From positions 29,326,001-29,390,000 of the forward strand of contig OZ076420.1 of the NCBI GenBank assembly GCA_964187785.1: DNA of 64,000 nucleotides, written 5' to 3'. Shown piece by piece: positions 63,715 to 64,000 of the stretch (within the stretch, counting starts at the first letter, position 1; the number at the start of each line of letters is the position of its first letter). Under the pieces are notes generated by a model. It was not told where the DNA came from and did no database searches. It saw only the letters and a program-made list of their open reading frames with translations. The DNA comes from Amphiscolops sp. MND2022. Its lineage: Eukaryota. The translations under genes were made by a program, and so were the position numbers.

Positions 63715-64000
63715 TTCTGTCAAACTATCAGGAACGAAGAAGAACCTGGTATGTACGGTCTGTTTTTGTTATCACAAATGCTCACAACAAAGCTCAATTA
63801 CAGCGTCAACCAAGCAATTAAGCTTTGGACACAGCTGATTGAAAGAAAAGTTGGAGCTGAGGGTTTTTTAGATGTTTCTTTTAAAAGTAGTAACCAACTA
63901 CAGTACTACGGTTGACGGGACGAAACGACGATTTTAAAAAGGCGCATTTCCCGAAAAGATGATAATTCGTCCTTTTTATTGGCGCTCAATGAGCGATTAA

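Larger units (their letters stand above)
56560..64000 (-). mobile_element. BEL/Pao LTR retrotransposon, nearly intact; 5' LTR not identifiable in the window
   Basis: Domain order gag - protease - RT - RNase H - integrase, as in BEL/Pao. A purine-rich gggcccggagga tract immediately precedes a TG-starting 3' LTR. Confidence 0.95.

Overview
Eukaryotic, AT-rich, repeat-dense animal DNA with GT-AG introns; no prokaryotic features or CRISPR arrays. The repeat landscape resembles what I recall of the acoel Symsagittifera roscoffensis, but that is unverified. Five host genes, all on the + strand, were reconstructed by eye with phase-consistent splice junctions: the 3' part of an SLC26 anion transporter (4 exons, 900-24844), PRP4 kinase (28412-34760), an intronless Abl-interactor (36889-38763), COA5/PET191 (40528-44437) and an unidentified low-complexity gene (about 50890-55174). 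Mobile DNA comprises two LINE fragments, a nearly intact BEL/Pao LTR retrotransposon (- strand, about 56.6-64 kb), and a decayed ~14 kb Helentron/Helitron2 lying antisense in a 16.4 kb SLC26 intron. Main finding: this rolling-circle element carries an AMSH/STAMBP-like JAMM (MPN+) deubiquitinase domain upstream of its Rep-PIF1-endonuclease region. It is also bracketed by the same termini as a very abundant 0.45-0.65 kb non-autonomous family (DINE-1/HINE-like). That family shows covarying terminal hairpins, head-to-tail concatemers and an associated 2.15 kb tandem duplication. All calls are from reading the sequence; no searches were run.
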